A stretch of DNA of 50,157 bases from positions 1 to 50,157 of the forward strand of contig JAURIG010000003.1 in assembly GCA_030832905.1 (NCBI GenBank). Reading direction: 5' to 3'. Position numbers and translations under genes: made by a program. The notes under the pieces are model-generated. The model did not search any database. It was not told where the DNA came from and saw only the letters and a list, made by a program, of their open reading frames with translations. The stretch comes from Bacteroidota bacterium. Its GTDB lineage: Bacteria > Bacteroidota > Bacteroidia > NS11-12g > UBA955. This document shows positions 20,840 through 29,827 of this stretch, in pieces (positions within the stretch are counted from its first letter, which is position 1; each line of letters begins with the position of its first letter).

Positions 20840-21954
20840 AGCCTTTGTTTCAATTGTTGTACCATTTTAGTTTTCCAAGTCGAAAAGGTATTGACCAAGA
20901 TGTGTTCGCGAGCGGTATTTACCAACCACAAATAGAAACTCAAGTTGTGCAAACTGGCCAATTGCGGGCCTAACATTTCGCCGGCCATAAACAAATGTCT
21001 TAAATAAGCCTTTGAATGTTGAGGCAAGTGTATGGGGTCTACAGGACTAAAATCCTTTTCCCATTTTTTGTTCTTAATGTTGATGCTGCCTTCAGAGGTA
21101 AACAACATACCATTGCGACCATTGCGCGTTGGCATTACACAATCAAACATATCTACCCCAAGGGCTATACATTCGAGTAAATTCTCTGGGGTACCAACCC
21201 CCATTAAATACCTTGGTTTATCGGTTGGCAAAATCTGACAAACCACATCGGTGAGCTCATACATGATCTCTGCTGGCTCGCCTACACTTAATCCGCCAAT
21301 GGCATTGCCCACCGCCTCTTTGGAGGCAATGTATTCTGCACTTTCTTGACGCAAATCTTTAAAGGTGCTACCTTGTAAAATTGGAAACAATGCTTGTTCA
21401 TAACCATACAAAGGCTCAGTATTATTAAAGCGTTGTTGGCAACGGCCTAACCAACGGTGGGTTAAATGCATGCTTTTTTTAGCATACTCATAAGTGCTCG
21501 GATAGGGCGGGCATTCGTCAAAGGCCATAATGATATCAGCGCCAATTTGACGTTGTATATCCATCACATTTTCGGGTGTAAATAGATGCCTTGACCCATC
21601 AATATGCGATTGAAACTTAGCGCCTTCTTCAGTCAATTTGCGCCTTTCAGCCAAGGAATACACTTGGTATCCTCCGGAATCCGTTAAAATAGGTTTATCC
21701 CAATTAATGAATTTATGCAAACCACCGGCGGCATTCAAGACCTCTGTACCTGGTCTTAAATACAAATGATAGGTATTGCCTAAAATGATTTGGGCTTTGA
21801 TGTGGTGATTGAGCTGATCAAAATTGATAGCCTTCACACTGCCAATGGTACCCACCGGCATAAAGATAGGGGTTTGAATTAGACCATGATCGGTCTGAAG
21901 GGCGCCTGCCCGAGCCTTGCTATGGGTATCGGTATGTTGTAAATGAAACTTCAA
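20836..21954 (-). CDS. tgt: tRNA-guanine(34) transglycosylase
   Basis: TPIFMPVGT, GNTYHLYLRPG, LTDSGGYQV, MAFDEC, GGLSVGE, RYLMGVG, DMFDCVMPTRNGRNG. Confidence 0.96.
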   Translation of the reverse strand: MKFHLQHTDTHSKARAGALQTDHGLIQTPIFMPVGTIGSVKAINFDQLNHHIKAQIILGNTYHLYLRPGTEVLNAAGGLHKFINWDKPILTDSGGYQVYSLAERRKLTEEGAKFQSHIDGSRHLFTPENVMDIQRQIGADIIMAFDECPPYPSTYEYAKKSMHLTHRWLGRCQQRFNNTEPLYGYEQALFPILQGSTFKDLRQESAEYIASKEAVGNAIGGLSVGEPAEIMYELTDVVCQILPTDKPRYLMGVGTPENLLECIALGVDMFDCVMPTRNGRNGMLFTSEGSINIKNKKWEKDFSPVDPIHLPQHSKAYLRHLFMAGEMLGPQLASLHNLSFYLWLVNTAREHILVNTFSTWKTKMVQQLKQRL

Positions 21955-22643
21955 TTGTGGAATAAAAAGGAAATTTGAAACAATCTGGCTTGAATGCGTT
22001 CAAAAGAACTTGAAAAAATATAAGGATCTGAACTGAGCATATTGGTAATGCTGTTGCTCATTTTGAATTCAGTAGAGATCATAGACCAAATACCATAGTG
22101 GTCATAGCCAAAACCATATTCGTAATAAAACGAATTGGCTTTAAACGCCACCATCGGTAAATTAGGCCCTCTCACAGTGGTTTCGTTGCTTTGAAAATCA
22201 TGCGAGTAACGCAGCCCACCAATAACATAAAAACGGTGGTTTCTGTGTCTTACCGAGTGGTGCTTCAAAAGCAAACATTGGTTCAATGACACCGATTCAG
22301 TTTTAGCCGTTTGCGTTCGGTCTGCAAAAGTGAAGGTGAAATTCCTTTGAGAAAATTCAATTTGCGGCAGGTACCTAACCGTAAAATAACGCCCTATTCT
22401 ATAGTCTGCTATACCGCCAAAATTAAGCCCTGAAAACCCCTCAACTTTAAGGTGTCTTACAGAATCTTTGGCATAAAAATCAGTCGATAAAACATATTTG
22501 GCTTTGGCAAAATTGGGGGTTAAAGAAATCCCAAAATGCCATGGTCTTTGATCGTCATTGGGCCTATGCTCTTGAGCTTGGGCCGAAACAAAGCACATGC
22601 AGGCAAAGGTCAATATTATTTTATACCGGTGTACAAACTGCAT
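21951..22643 (-). CDS. porT: PorT-family outer-membrane beta-barrel (T9SS-associated)
   Basis: Signal peptide, DDQRPWHFG motif, amphipathic strands, C-terminal ISFLF. Downstream of ubiE as in other Bacteroidota. Start position uncertain. Confidence 0.7.
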   Translation of the reverse strand: MQFVHRYKIILTFACMCFVSAQAQEHRPNDDQRPWHFGISLTPNFAKAKYVLSTDFYAKDSVRHLKVEGFSGLNFGGIADYRIGRYFTVRYLPQIEFSQRNFTFTFADRTQTAKTESVSLNQCLLLKHHSVRHRNHRFYVIGGLRYSHDFQSNETTVRGPNLPMVAFKANSFYYEYGFGYDHYGIWSMISTEFKMSNSITNMLSSDPYIFSSSFERIQARLFQISFLFHN

Positions 22644-23341
22644 ATACCAAACGATAGCGATTTAACTTTGGTGGTTTTGAAGCCCAATTGGTTTAAGTGG
22701 TTTAAGAAATCTTGTCCGTCAGGGAAGTGTTTCACTGATTCTGGCAAATAGGTATAGGCTGATTGGCTTTTAGAAATCAACCTGCCCCATAATGGCAATA
22801 TGGCACTGAAATAAAATTGGTAAAGTTGCTTGATTGGAAAGGCTTTAGGTTTACTGAATTCTAATACCACCAACATGGCGCCTGGTTTAAGCACACGGTA
22901 AATTTCAGCTAAGCCTTTGTCAAGATTTTCAAAGTTACGCACTCCAAATCCAACGGTACAAGCATCGAAACTATTGTCTTCAAACAATAATTTCTCACTA
23001 TCTCCTTTCACCATACTGATCAAATGGTCGCAACCTTTTTTCTGCATTTTGATTCTGCCCATACTCAACATCCCTTCGCTCAAATCAACGCCCACAATGG
23101 CTGTTGGGTTTAAGCTCAAAGCTTCGAGGGCTAAATCACCCGTGCCAGTAGCCACATCAAGAATGCGTTTAGGTTGCAAGGGTTTTAATTGGGCAATGGC
23201 TTTTTTGCGCCAGCCTTTATCAATCCCTAAAGACAAAAAGTGATTCAAAAAATCATAGCGTTTAGAGATGTTATCAAACATTTCTTCTACTTGTTCTTTC
23301 TTGCTTTTGTCTGAGCTTTGTATGGGTTTTATAGCGGTCAA
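22616..23341 (-). CDS. ubiE: Demethylmenaquinone methyltransferase UbiE/MenG
   Basis: KKEQVEEMFDNIS..YDFLNH.LSLG, LDVATGTGD, GFGVRNF, AYTYLPESV. Likely TTG start at 23341. Confidence 0.93.
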   Translation of the reverse strand: MTAIKPIQSSDKSKKEQVEEMFDNISKRYDFLNHFLSLGIDKGWRKKAIAQLKPLQPKRILDVATGTGDLALEALSLNPTAIVGVDLSEGMLSMGRIKMQKKGCDHLISMVKGDSEKLLFEDNSFDACTVGFGVRNFENLDKGLAEIYRVLKPGAMLVVLEFSKPKAFPIKQLYQFYFSAILPLWGRLISKSQSAYTYLPESVKHFPDGQDFLNHLNQLGFKTTKVKSLSFGICSLYTGIK

Positions 23342-23353
23342 GGTAAATATGCT

Positions 23354-23384
23354 TATTTTTGCGGTGATTAAAAAAGCAAAGATA
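23354..23384. promoter_or_regulatory. Closely spaced -7 boxes for the divergent genes engB (+, TATTTTTG 23354-23361) and ubiE (-, TATCTTTG 23377-23384)
   Basis: Two TAnnTTTG matches on opposite strands in the 70-bp gap between the genes. Confidence 0.5.
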
Positions 23385-23411
23385 ATCATTTCAGCGCTTT
23401 TAACATACTAC

Positions 23412-24017
23412 ATGAAAGCAGAATTCAAAGGGTCCTATCCATCAACCAAAGTGCTTCCAAAAGAAGATTTTCCTGAGTTTGCCTTTATTGGCCGAAGCAA
23501 TGTGGGCAAAAGCTCCCTGATCAATATGCTTTGCAACCATAAAGACCTTGCCAAAACCTCATCAAAACCAGGCAAAACCCAACACATCGTTCGTTTTTTG
23601 GTCGACAATAGCTGGTACTTAATTGACTTACCGGGCTATGGTTATGCGAAAGTATCAAAAGCTTCGAGGGCTGAATTTGGGGAATTGATTCAAAGCTATT
23701 TACTAGAAAGAACTTTTATGCAATGTGTGTTTGTCTTGATTGACTCACGCATACCACCTCAAAAAATCGATTTGGAATTCATAGAATGGTTGGGTGTATC
23801 AGGCATTCCCTTTGCTATGGTCTTTACCAAAACAGACAAACTCAAACCTAAAGACTTAGACAGCCATTTAGCATTGTATCGTGAAACTTTATTAGCATCA
23901 TGGGAAGAACTGCCAACAATGTTTGTCAGTTCAGCCATTGACAAAAAAGGCAAAGAGGAGATTTTAAGCTTTATCTCAGAAGTCAAAACCACTTTTTACA
24001 AAAATTTTTCGGAGTAG
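23412..24017 (+). CDS. engB: Ribosome biogenesis GTPase YihA/YsxC
   Basis: GRSNVGKSS, SSKPGKT, DLPGYG, TKTDK. Start at ATG 23412. Confidence 0.94.
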   Translation: MKAEFKGSYPSTKVLPKEDFPEFAFIGRSNVGKSSLINMLCNHKDLAKTSSKPGKTQHIVRFLVDNSWYLIDLPGYGYAKVSKASRAEFGELIQSYLLERTFMQCVFVLIDSRIPPQKIDLEFIEWLGVSGIPFAMVFTKTDKLKPKDLDSHLALYRETLLASWEELPTMFVSSAIDKKGKEEILSFISEVKTTFYKNFSE

Positions 24018-24018
24018 A

Positions 24019-24047
24019 TGCAACCATTTCAAAAAAGTGCAGTCTAA
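24019..24047 (+). promoter_or_regulatory. Putative ECF-sigma promoter (TGCAACC-N16-GTCTAA)
   Basis: AAC-containing -35 and GTCTAA -10 with a 16-nt spacer, 23 nt upstream of the lipoprotein ATG. Confidence 0.5.
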
Positions 24048-24070
24048 CCCATTAAAACACCAATACATTT

Positions 24071-24727
24071 ATGATGAATTACACTAGAATCCTCCGAATT
24101 GCAACTGTAATTGCCGCTTTTATTTTATTCACAGTTAGCAGTTGCAAAAAAGAAGCAGAAGTTATTGCCACTATAGACAACTACACTGCTGAGTCATTGA
24201 TCAATCAAGCAAACGATCAGTACACTGCCTTAAATTATACCGAAGGCAATGATTCAACCCCATACTATGCAGTTAATGATGGTATGCCTGAATTGTACAC
24301 CTTAACTGAAACTGACATGGACAGTGCAGGATATAAAAGAGCCTTTGAGGAAAAACGTTTCTTCACTTGTATGAAGAAATTAACCTTAACCGATTCACAA
24401 GAACACATGTTAAGAAGAGCCATCAGAGCTTATGAATTGTGCAAACATGCAGATATGCTTGCCCATAAAGAGGCTTATGCTAAATTGTTATTGAAAACAG
24501 AAAATGCGCGTAAAGAATATATTGCACAATTAAAAAATGGCACCATTACCAAAGCGCAATTTGAAACGAAGATGAAAGACCTTAAATCCAGTTTCGAAAC
24601 CGGCCTTAAGTTGATCAAAGATACCTACGCTAAACGTTTGGCAGCCTGCTGCGAAATATTTGTCAGAAAGGTTAAAGAGATTTTAACCAATGACCAATGG
24701 AAAGCGTTTTTAGATTGTTATAAGTAG
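24071..24727 (+). CDS. Lipoprotein with helical LTxxQ (Spy/CpxP-like) domain
   Basis: Lipobox VSSC. LTDSQ and LTNDQ motifs flank a long charged helical region. Confidence 0.6.
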   Translation: MMNYTRILRIATVIAAFILFTVSSCKKEAEVIATIDNYTAESLINQANDQYTALNYTEGNDSTPYYAVNDGMPELYTLTETDMDSAGYKRAFEEKRFFTCMKKLTLTDSQEHMLRRAIRAYELCKHADMLAHKEAYAKLLLKTENARKEYIAQLKNGTITKAQFETKMKDLKSSFETGLKLIKDTYAKRLAACCEIFVRKVKEILTNDQWKAFLDCYK

Positions 24728-24746
24728 TTGTTTTTTCATAATGTAA

Positions 24747-24781
24747 ATTAAAGCCTCTGAGTAATCAGGGGCTTTTTTTAT
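24747..24781 (+). terminator. Intrinsic terminator (copy 1 of a ~34-bp repeat)
   Basis: AAAGCCTCTGA-GTAA-TCAGGGGCTTTTTTT. Confidence 0.85.
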
Positions 24782-24809
24782 TGTTAATAGCACAAAGACT
24801 TAAACTTAT

Positions 24810-24839
24810 TTTGAAAACCATTTAATTCCCTTAATTTTG
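24810..24839 (+). promoter_or_regulatory. Sigma-A promoter for the FKBP gene
   Basis: TTTG (24810-24813), N18, TAATTTTG (24832-24839). Confidence 0.6.
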
Positions 24840-24854
24840 CTCTAAGAAAACAAA

Positions 24855-25547
24855 ATGAAAAGCTTATCAATATTAGCAAGTGTTGTTATTTTATCAATGG
24901 CAGCTTGCGGCGACAAATCAGGGTCTAAACCAACCCTTAAAAACATGGACGATTCTTTTGCTTATGCCTTCGGTGGTTACAGCGGTAGCATGTTGCACAA
25001 TTTCAAAATCAAAGAAGTGAATTGGGAAATTTTCAAAGCTGCACTTGAACAAGGTTTGAAAAATGGCGATAGCTCTTTGGCTATGAACAGAGAGACCATT
25101 GGCAAAATCTTAAACGACTACACCATTGAAGCACAATTCGGTGGCAACAAAAAATTAGGCGATGATTTCATCAACAAACGCAAAAGCGATGGTTACTTTG
25201 TTAGCAAAACTGGTTTATTATTCAAACAAATTAAAGCTGGTAACGGTGTTAAACCTAATATCACAGACACAGTTGAAGTGCACTACACCGGCAAATTCAT
25301 TGATGGCAAAATCTTTGACTCAAACGAAGGTAAATCTGCATTCAAAACCGCTTTAAATGCTGGCGCTATCAAAGGTTTCTTAGAAGCATTGAGCATGATG
25401 GAAGAAGGTTCTACAGCAGAAATCATTATTCCTTGGCAATTGGCTTATGGCCAAGAAGGCAGCAGAAACCCATACACTGGTGAAATGAGCATTGAGCCAT
25501 TCACCACCTTGTGTTTCACTCTAACCCTTGACAACATCAAAAGATAA
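24855..25547 (+). CDS. FKBP-type peptidyl-prolyl cis-trans isomerase (FkpA/Mip-like lipoprotein)
   Basis: Lipobox MAAC, DSFAYAFG dimerisation region, VEVHYTGK..DG.IFDS, IIIPWQLAYG. Confidence 0.9.
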   Translation: MKSLSILASVVILSMAACGDKSGSKPTLKNMDDSFAYAFGGYSGSMLHNFKIKEVNWEIFKAALEQGLKNGDSSLAMNRETIGKILNDYTIEAQFGGNKKLGDDFINKRKSDGYFVSKTGLLFKQIKAGNGVKPNITDTVEVHYTGKFIDGKIFDSNEGKSAFKTALNAGAIKGFLEALSMMEEGSTAEIIIPWQLAYGQEGSRNPYTGEMSIEPFTTLCFTLTLDNIKR

Positions 25548-25564
25548 TCATCACTTTTAAAAGT

Positions 25565-25598
25565 ATTAAAGCCTCTGAGTTTCAGGGGCTTTTTTTAT
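25565..25598 (+). terminator. Intrinsic, probably bidirectional terminator (copy 2 of the ~34-bp repeat)
   Basis: AAAGCCTCTGA-GTT-TCAGGGGCTTTTTTT between convergent genes. Confidence 0.85.
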
Positions 25599-25600
25599 GT

Positions 25601-26089
25601 TCAATATTTAGAGATTTTTTGGACCACAGATTGTCTTCCATTGCTGAGCAATAGCACAAAGACACCTGTTGGCCAGGTGGCTACACTGAGCTGCAGATTT
25701 ACCCGATTGACTGAACTAAACAGTCTTTGTTCTATGACTTTGCCATACAAATCAATGACTTTAAAGTCCATTGACCCAGTCACTAAATCAGGATAAGACA
25801 GGTTGATGTGCAAATCGCTAAAAGGACCAACAGGCACAGGGAACACATCCATATCGAGCCCTGAACACACCCCACTGGTATAGGTTCTTACACCATACAC
25901 ATTAAAGGCTGTACATTCGTTGCGGTAGGTTATTTGGTTGCAACCACAAACAGGGTTGTATACAGGATCATTGCATTGAAACATGGCGTTGATTCTACTG
26001 GAATCTATGCAAGCCGTCCATTGGGCCTTGAGGCCAATTACATTGCCAAAACAAACAATGCTGAGTAATATGTATTTAGATGGTTTCAA
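25601..26089 (-). CDS. Kazal-domain protein with T9SS type A C-terminal sorting domain
   Basis: Signal peptide, C..YNPVCGCNQITYRNEC.A...GV....GVC Kazal pattern, CTD VFPVP...KVIDLYGK...PTGVFVL...KISKY. Confidence 0.8.
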   Translation of the reverse strand: MKPSKYILLSIVCFGNVIGLKAQWTACIDSSRINAMFQCNDPVYNPVCGCNQITYRNECTAFNVYGVRTYTSGVCSGLDMDVFPVPVGPFSDLHINLSYPDLVTGSMDFKVIDLYGKVIEQRLFSSVNRVNLQLSVATWPTGVFVLLLSNGRQSVVQKISKY

Positions 26090-27344
26090 AACCCAAATAT
26101 GGGTGTAAACAAGCCGGCATATTGATACTTGTTTCAGTTTGGTTATTCTCCAACAAACAGGCTACAATTCTTGGCAAAGCTAAAGCCGATCCGTTAAGCG
26201 TATGTACCAATTCGTTTTTACCTTCTTTGGTTTTATAACGGCACTTTAAGCGGTTAGACTGGAAGGTTTCGAAGTTAGAGGTTGAACTCACTTCTAACCA
26301 TTTTTGTTGGGCACCGCTCCAGGCTTCAAAGTCATAGGTTAAGGCACTGGCAAATCCCATATCGCCTCCGCACAAACGCAAAATTCTAAATTTCAAACCT
26401 AGTTTTTGCATAAGGCCTTTAACATGTTCCAACATGCCTTCTAAGGCTTGGTAACTGTGTTCTGGCTTTGCTATTTGAACGATTTCAACTTTATCAAATT
26501 GATGCAAACGGTTAAGGCCTCTCACATGGGCGCCGTAACTACCTGCCTCGCGTCTGAAACAAGGGGTGTATCCTACATTTTTTATCGGCAACTCTTCTTC
26601 TTTAAGAATAACGTCGCGGTAGATATTGGTAATAGGCACTTCAGCCGTTGGAATGGCGTAAAGGTTATCAAGAACAGCGTGGTACATTTGCCCTTCTTTG
26701 TCTGGCAATTGACCGGTACCATAACCACTGGCTTCGTTCACAAAAATAGGTGGTTGTACTTCGTAGTAACCTGCCTTTAAGGCTTCATCTAAAAAGAAAT
26801 TGATGAGGGCTCTTTGTAATCTGGCCCCTTTGCCTGTGTATACAGGGAAACCGGCACCAGTAATTTTATTCCCCAATTCAAAATCAACCAAACTGTATTG
26901 GGTAGTTAAGTCCCAATGTGGTTTTGGATCCGATGGCAAAACCGGTTCTTCGCCCCATTCGAATACAACTTCGTTCTCTTCTGGGGTTTTACCGTATTTC
27001 ACTTGAGCGCTTGGGGCGTTCGGAATCTCATATAACTTTTGTAACAATTGTGCTTCAATGCCAGCCAATTGCGCTTCCAACTGTTTGATGTCTTCTTTTA
27101 ATTGAAGCGATACTGCTTTTTGCGCATCTGCTTCGTCTTTTTGACCTGTTTTGTATAGGTCTCCAATGGTTTTAGCCATGGCATTGCTTTGGGCCAACAA
27201 CTGTTCCACTTGGGTTTGAACCGAACGTTTTTCTTCGTCGGTTTTAAGAATATCCTGAATGGCTTCAGACCTGTCAACGCCTCTTTTTGAGAGCCTTTCT
27301 ATGATCTCTTGCGTATTGTTTCTGATGGCTTGTAGTGTCAGCAT
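26076..27344 (-). CDS. serS: Serine--tRNA ligase
   Basis: N-terminal coiled coil, IPTAEVP, FRREAGSYG..VRGLNRLHQFDKVE, HTLNGSALA.PR. Confidence 0.97.
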   Translation of the reverse strand: MLTLQAIRNNTQEIIERLSKRGVDRSEAIQDILKTDEEKRSVQTQVEQLLAQSNAMAKTIGDLYKTGQKDEADAQKAVSLQLKEDIKQLEAQLAGIEAQLLQKLYEIPNAPSAQVKYGKTPEENEVVFEWGEEPVLPSDPKPHWDLTTQYSLVDFELGNKITGAGFPVYTGKGARLQRALINFFLDEALKAGYYEVQPPIFVNEASGYGTGQLPDKEGQMYHAVLDNLYAIPTAEVPITNIYRDVILKEEELPIKNVGYTPCFRREAGSYGAHVRGLNRLHQFDKVEIVQIAKPEHSYQALEGMLEHVKGLMQKLGLKFRILRLCGGDMGFASALTYDFEAWSGAQQKWLEVSSTSNFETFQSNRLKCRYKTKEGKNELVHTLNGSALALPRIVACLLENNQTETSINMPACLHPYLGFETI

Positions 27345-27353
27345 GCTTATTGA

Positions 27354-28625
27354 TTACCCTTGTTTATCTTTATTTCTATTTTGTTGTTGGTTATTGTTCG
27401 GATGAGGTCGTCTGTGCTGATTTGGCTTTGGCCCTGAGCCTTGTGGGCCTTTGCCATCGTTAGGTCGGTTAGACGGTCCTTTGTGTTTCTGATACGGTTT
27501 CTTCTTACCGTTGTTATTGGCTTTTTTGTCAAGACGCGTAATGTCGTCACTGGCTAAATCAGCAGCAATGTATGGGGCGGTAAACCCATCTGCATCAATT
27601 TTAGGTTCAACTTGTTCACCCACCAATTCTGGCGCTTTCTGCCCTTTGGCGTTCATTTCTATGTAGCTGTTTATGGTATCAAGCGGCATACAAATCCAAC
27701 TGTGTTTGTCTTCGTACACAAACCAAGTTAAACGTTTCAATATGTCGGTTTTGACCATAATGGCTGTACCCACTTCTGTATCTACCTTAACCGTTTTACC
27801 TTTAGGGAAAGCGTCTAATGCTTCCATATAGGTATCAAGTTCATAGTTTAAACAACATTTGAGTTTGCCACATTGGCCAGACAACTTCAACATGTTGATG
27901 GATAAATTTTGATAACGCGCCGCAGAGGTATTAACCAATTTATAATCGGTTAACCAAGTAGAGCAACACAATTCACGACCACATGAGCCTATGCCGCCTA
28001 ATCTTGAGGCTTCCTCGCGGTAGCCGATCTGGCGCATTTCAATTCTGAGCTTGAATTCTTCAGCAAAGCGTTTGATGAGCTCTCTAAAATCCACACGGCT
28101 TTCTGCAGTGTAAAAGAAAATCACTTTCTTGTTATCGCCTTGGATTTCAATGTCACTGAGTTTCATTTCAAGCTTCATCATGAGGGCAATGGTTCTGGCT
28201 CTTTCAAGCACCTTAACCTCTCTTGATTTGGCTTCTAAATATTTTTCGTAGTCTTTATCAGTAGCTTTTCTAACAATGTTCTTAATGCTATCTGAATTTT
28301 CCTTGATGCCTTTTTTCTTGAGTTGCAAGCGCACCAATTCGCCAGCTATAGAGACTTGACCTACATCGTAGCCCATTTCGGATTCTAACACAACGGTGTC
28401 TCCTGTGTATAATTCCAATCCGTTGGCGTTTCTGAAAAATTCTTTACGACTGCCTTTGAAGCGGATTTCAACCACATCAAAAGGCACATAATGATCTGGC
28501 ATAACCGTATGGCTTAGCCAATTGTATACATTTAATTTATTGCACCCACCACTGCTGCATCCGCCGTTGCTTTTACAACCAGCTGGAGAGCAACCGCCCT
28601 GAGTACCGCAACTTCCACATCCCAT
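27354..28625 (-). CDS. PSP1/RicT (YaaT) family Fe-S protein
   Basis: RVDFRELI, GGIGSCGRELCCS, KLSGQCGKLKCCLNYE, Cys-rich N-terminus, low-complexity C-terminal tail. Downstream of holB. Confidence 0.9.
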   Translation of the reverse strand: MGCGSCGTQGGCSPAGCKSNGGCSSGGCNKLNVYNWLSHTVMPDHYVPFDVVEIRFKGSRKEFFRNANGLELYTGDTVVLESEMGYDVGQVSIAGELVRLQLKKKGIKENSDSIKNIVRKATDKDYEKYLEAKSREVKVLERARTIALMMKLEMKLSDIEIQGDNKKVIFFYTAESRVDFRELIKRFAEEFKLRIEMRQIGYREEASRLGGIGSCGRELCCSTWLTDYKLVNTSAARYQNLSINMLKLSGQCGKLKCCLNYELDTYMEALDAFPKGKTVKVDTEVGTAIMVKTDILKRLTWFVYEDKHSWICMPLDTINSYIEMNAKGQKAPELVGEQVEPKIDADGFTAPYIAADLASDDITRLDKKANNNGKKKPYQKHKGPSNRPNDGKGPQGSGPKPNQHRRPHPNNNQQQNRNKDKQG

Positions 28626-28638
28626 TTTTGAGTTTTAT

Positions 28639-29763
28639 TTAAGGTTTGTTTGCATGAGCCATGGCTGTTTGCAAACAATTTTTGAGCCTCAAAGATACGT
28701 TAATTAAGATTAATTTTACACTGCCATTGCGGTCTATTTCAAAGATGGCTTTATTAAAGGTTTCGTAAAGGGCTTGAATATTGCTTTGATTGACCCATTT
28801 TGATAGCTTTGACACAAATTCTTTTTCGGCTGAATTGAGTTGTAGTTTATCTGAATTTTGTGCCATTAACAAACAGGCTCTGAAAAGTTGAATGCCATAC
28901 AATAAAAAGAGCTTTATGCCCTCTTTGCCTTTTTCCGAGAATTTGTCCATATCGCCAATCACTTTAGTCATATTGCCTTGATAGCAATCCAAGACCCATT
29001 GTCTGAAGTCTTCAAACTGAGGGTTGTCTAATTCTGAGGCGAGTTCTATGGCTTTACTGAGGTTGCCTTCTGCCATGAGCGCAGCATTCTTTGCAATGTC
29101 TGAGGCTATGGCTTTTTGCTCTACTAAAAACCTTTCGATTTCTGGGTAAGTATAGCTTGGAATTCTGGTGTATTGAGTTCTCGAAATAATGGTACTCAAT
29201 ATGGCTTCTTGATTGTCTGTTACCAACAAGAACAAGGTGTTTTGAGGGGGTTCCTCTAATAATTTTAACAGTACATTCCCTTCTTTGCCTAAGTATTCTG
29301 GCAACCACATGACCAACACTTTGTAGCTTGACTCATAAGGCCTCAAGGCTAATTTCTTGATGATGTTTCGACACTCCTTGATGGGAATATTGGGCTTTTT
29401 ATTGTCTGCTTTCAAATAAGCAAACCATTGCCCTAAAGACAACTGTGGGTTGGCAATAAAGGCGGCTCTGAAGTCTTGTATAAAGTCATCGCAAATGGCG
29501 TCTGCTCCAAAGATGGGAAACGAAAAATGCAAATCAGGGTGAATGAGTTGTTGGTATTTTATACAAGATGGACATTGACCACAACTGTCTGAATCAGTAG
29601 GCTGAGCACAAGACAAATACTGAGCATAGGCTGTTGCCATTGCCAAGGCGGAATTACCCTCCTTTCCCACTAAGAGCTGTGCATGTGGCACCCGCCCTTG
29701 TCGAATAGAGGAAGTCCAATTGGCTTTTATGGCACTGTGACCTAAAATCTCCGAAAATTTCAC
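28639..29763 (-). CDS. holB: DNA polymerase III subunit delta'
   Basis: GRVPHAQL, DSCGQCPSC zinc motif, HPDLHF, LLKLLEEPP, TIISRTQ. TACTTTTG box at 29769-29776 (-). Confidence 0.9.
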   Translation of the reverse strand: MKFSEILGHSAIKANWTSSIRQGRVPHAQLLVGKEGNSALAMATAYAQYLSCAQPTDSDSCGQCPSCIKYQQLIHPDLHFSFPIFGADAICDDFIQDFRAAFIANPQLSLGQWFAYLKADNKKPNIPIKECRNIIKKLALRPYESSYKVLVMWLPEYLGKEGNVLLKLLEEPPQNTLFLLVTDNQEAILSTIISRTQYTRIPSYTYPEIERFLVEQKAIASDIAKNAALMAEGNLSKAIELASELDNPQFEDFRQWVLDCYQGNMTKVIGDMDKFSEKGKEGIKLFLLYGIQLFRACLLMAQNSDKLQLNSAEKEFVSKLSKWVNQSNIQALYETFNKAIFEIDRNGSVKLILINVSLRLKNCLQTAMAHANKP

Positions 29764-29827
29764 AGTTACAAAAGTATTTAATTTTAACTCACTTCTAACA
29801 GTTGTGACTAACTTATTAAAAAGTTCA

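Noticed and set aside
28530-28625. Cys/Gly-rich N-terminus of the PSP1 protein as a RiPP or metallothionein
   Set aside because: It is in frame with the PSP1/RicT domain and, to my knowledge, typical of Bacteroidota members of this family.
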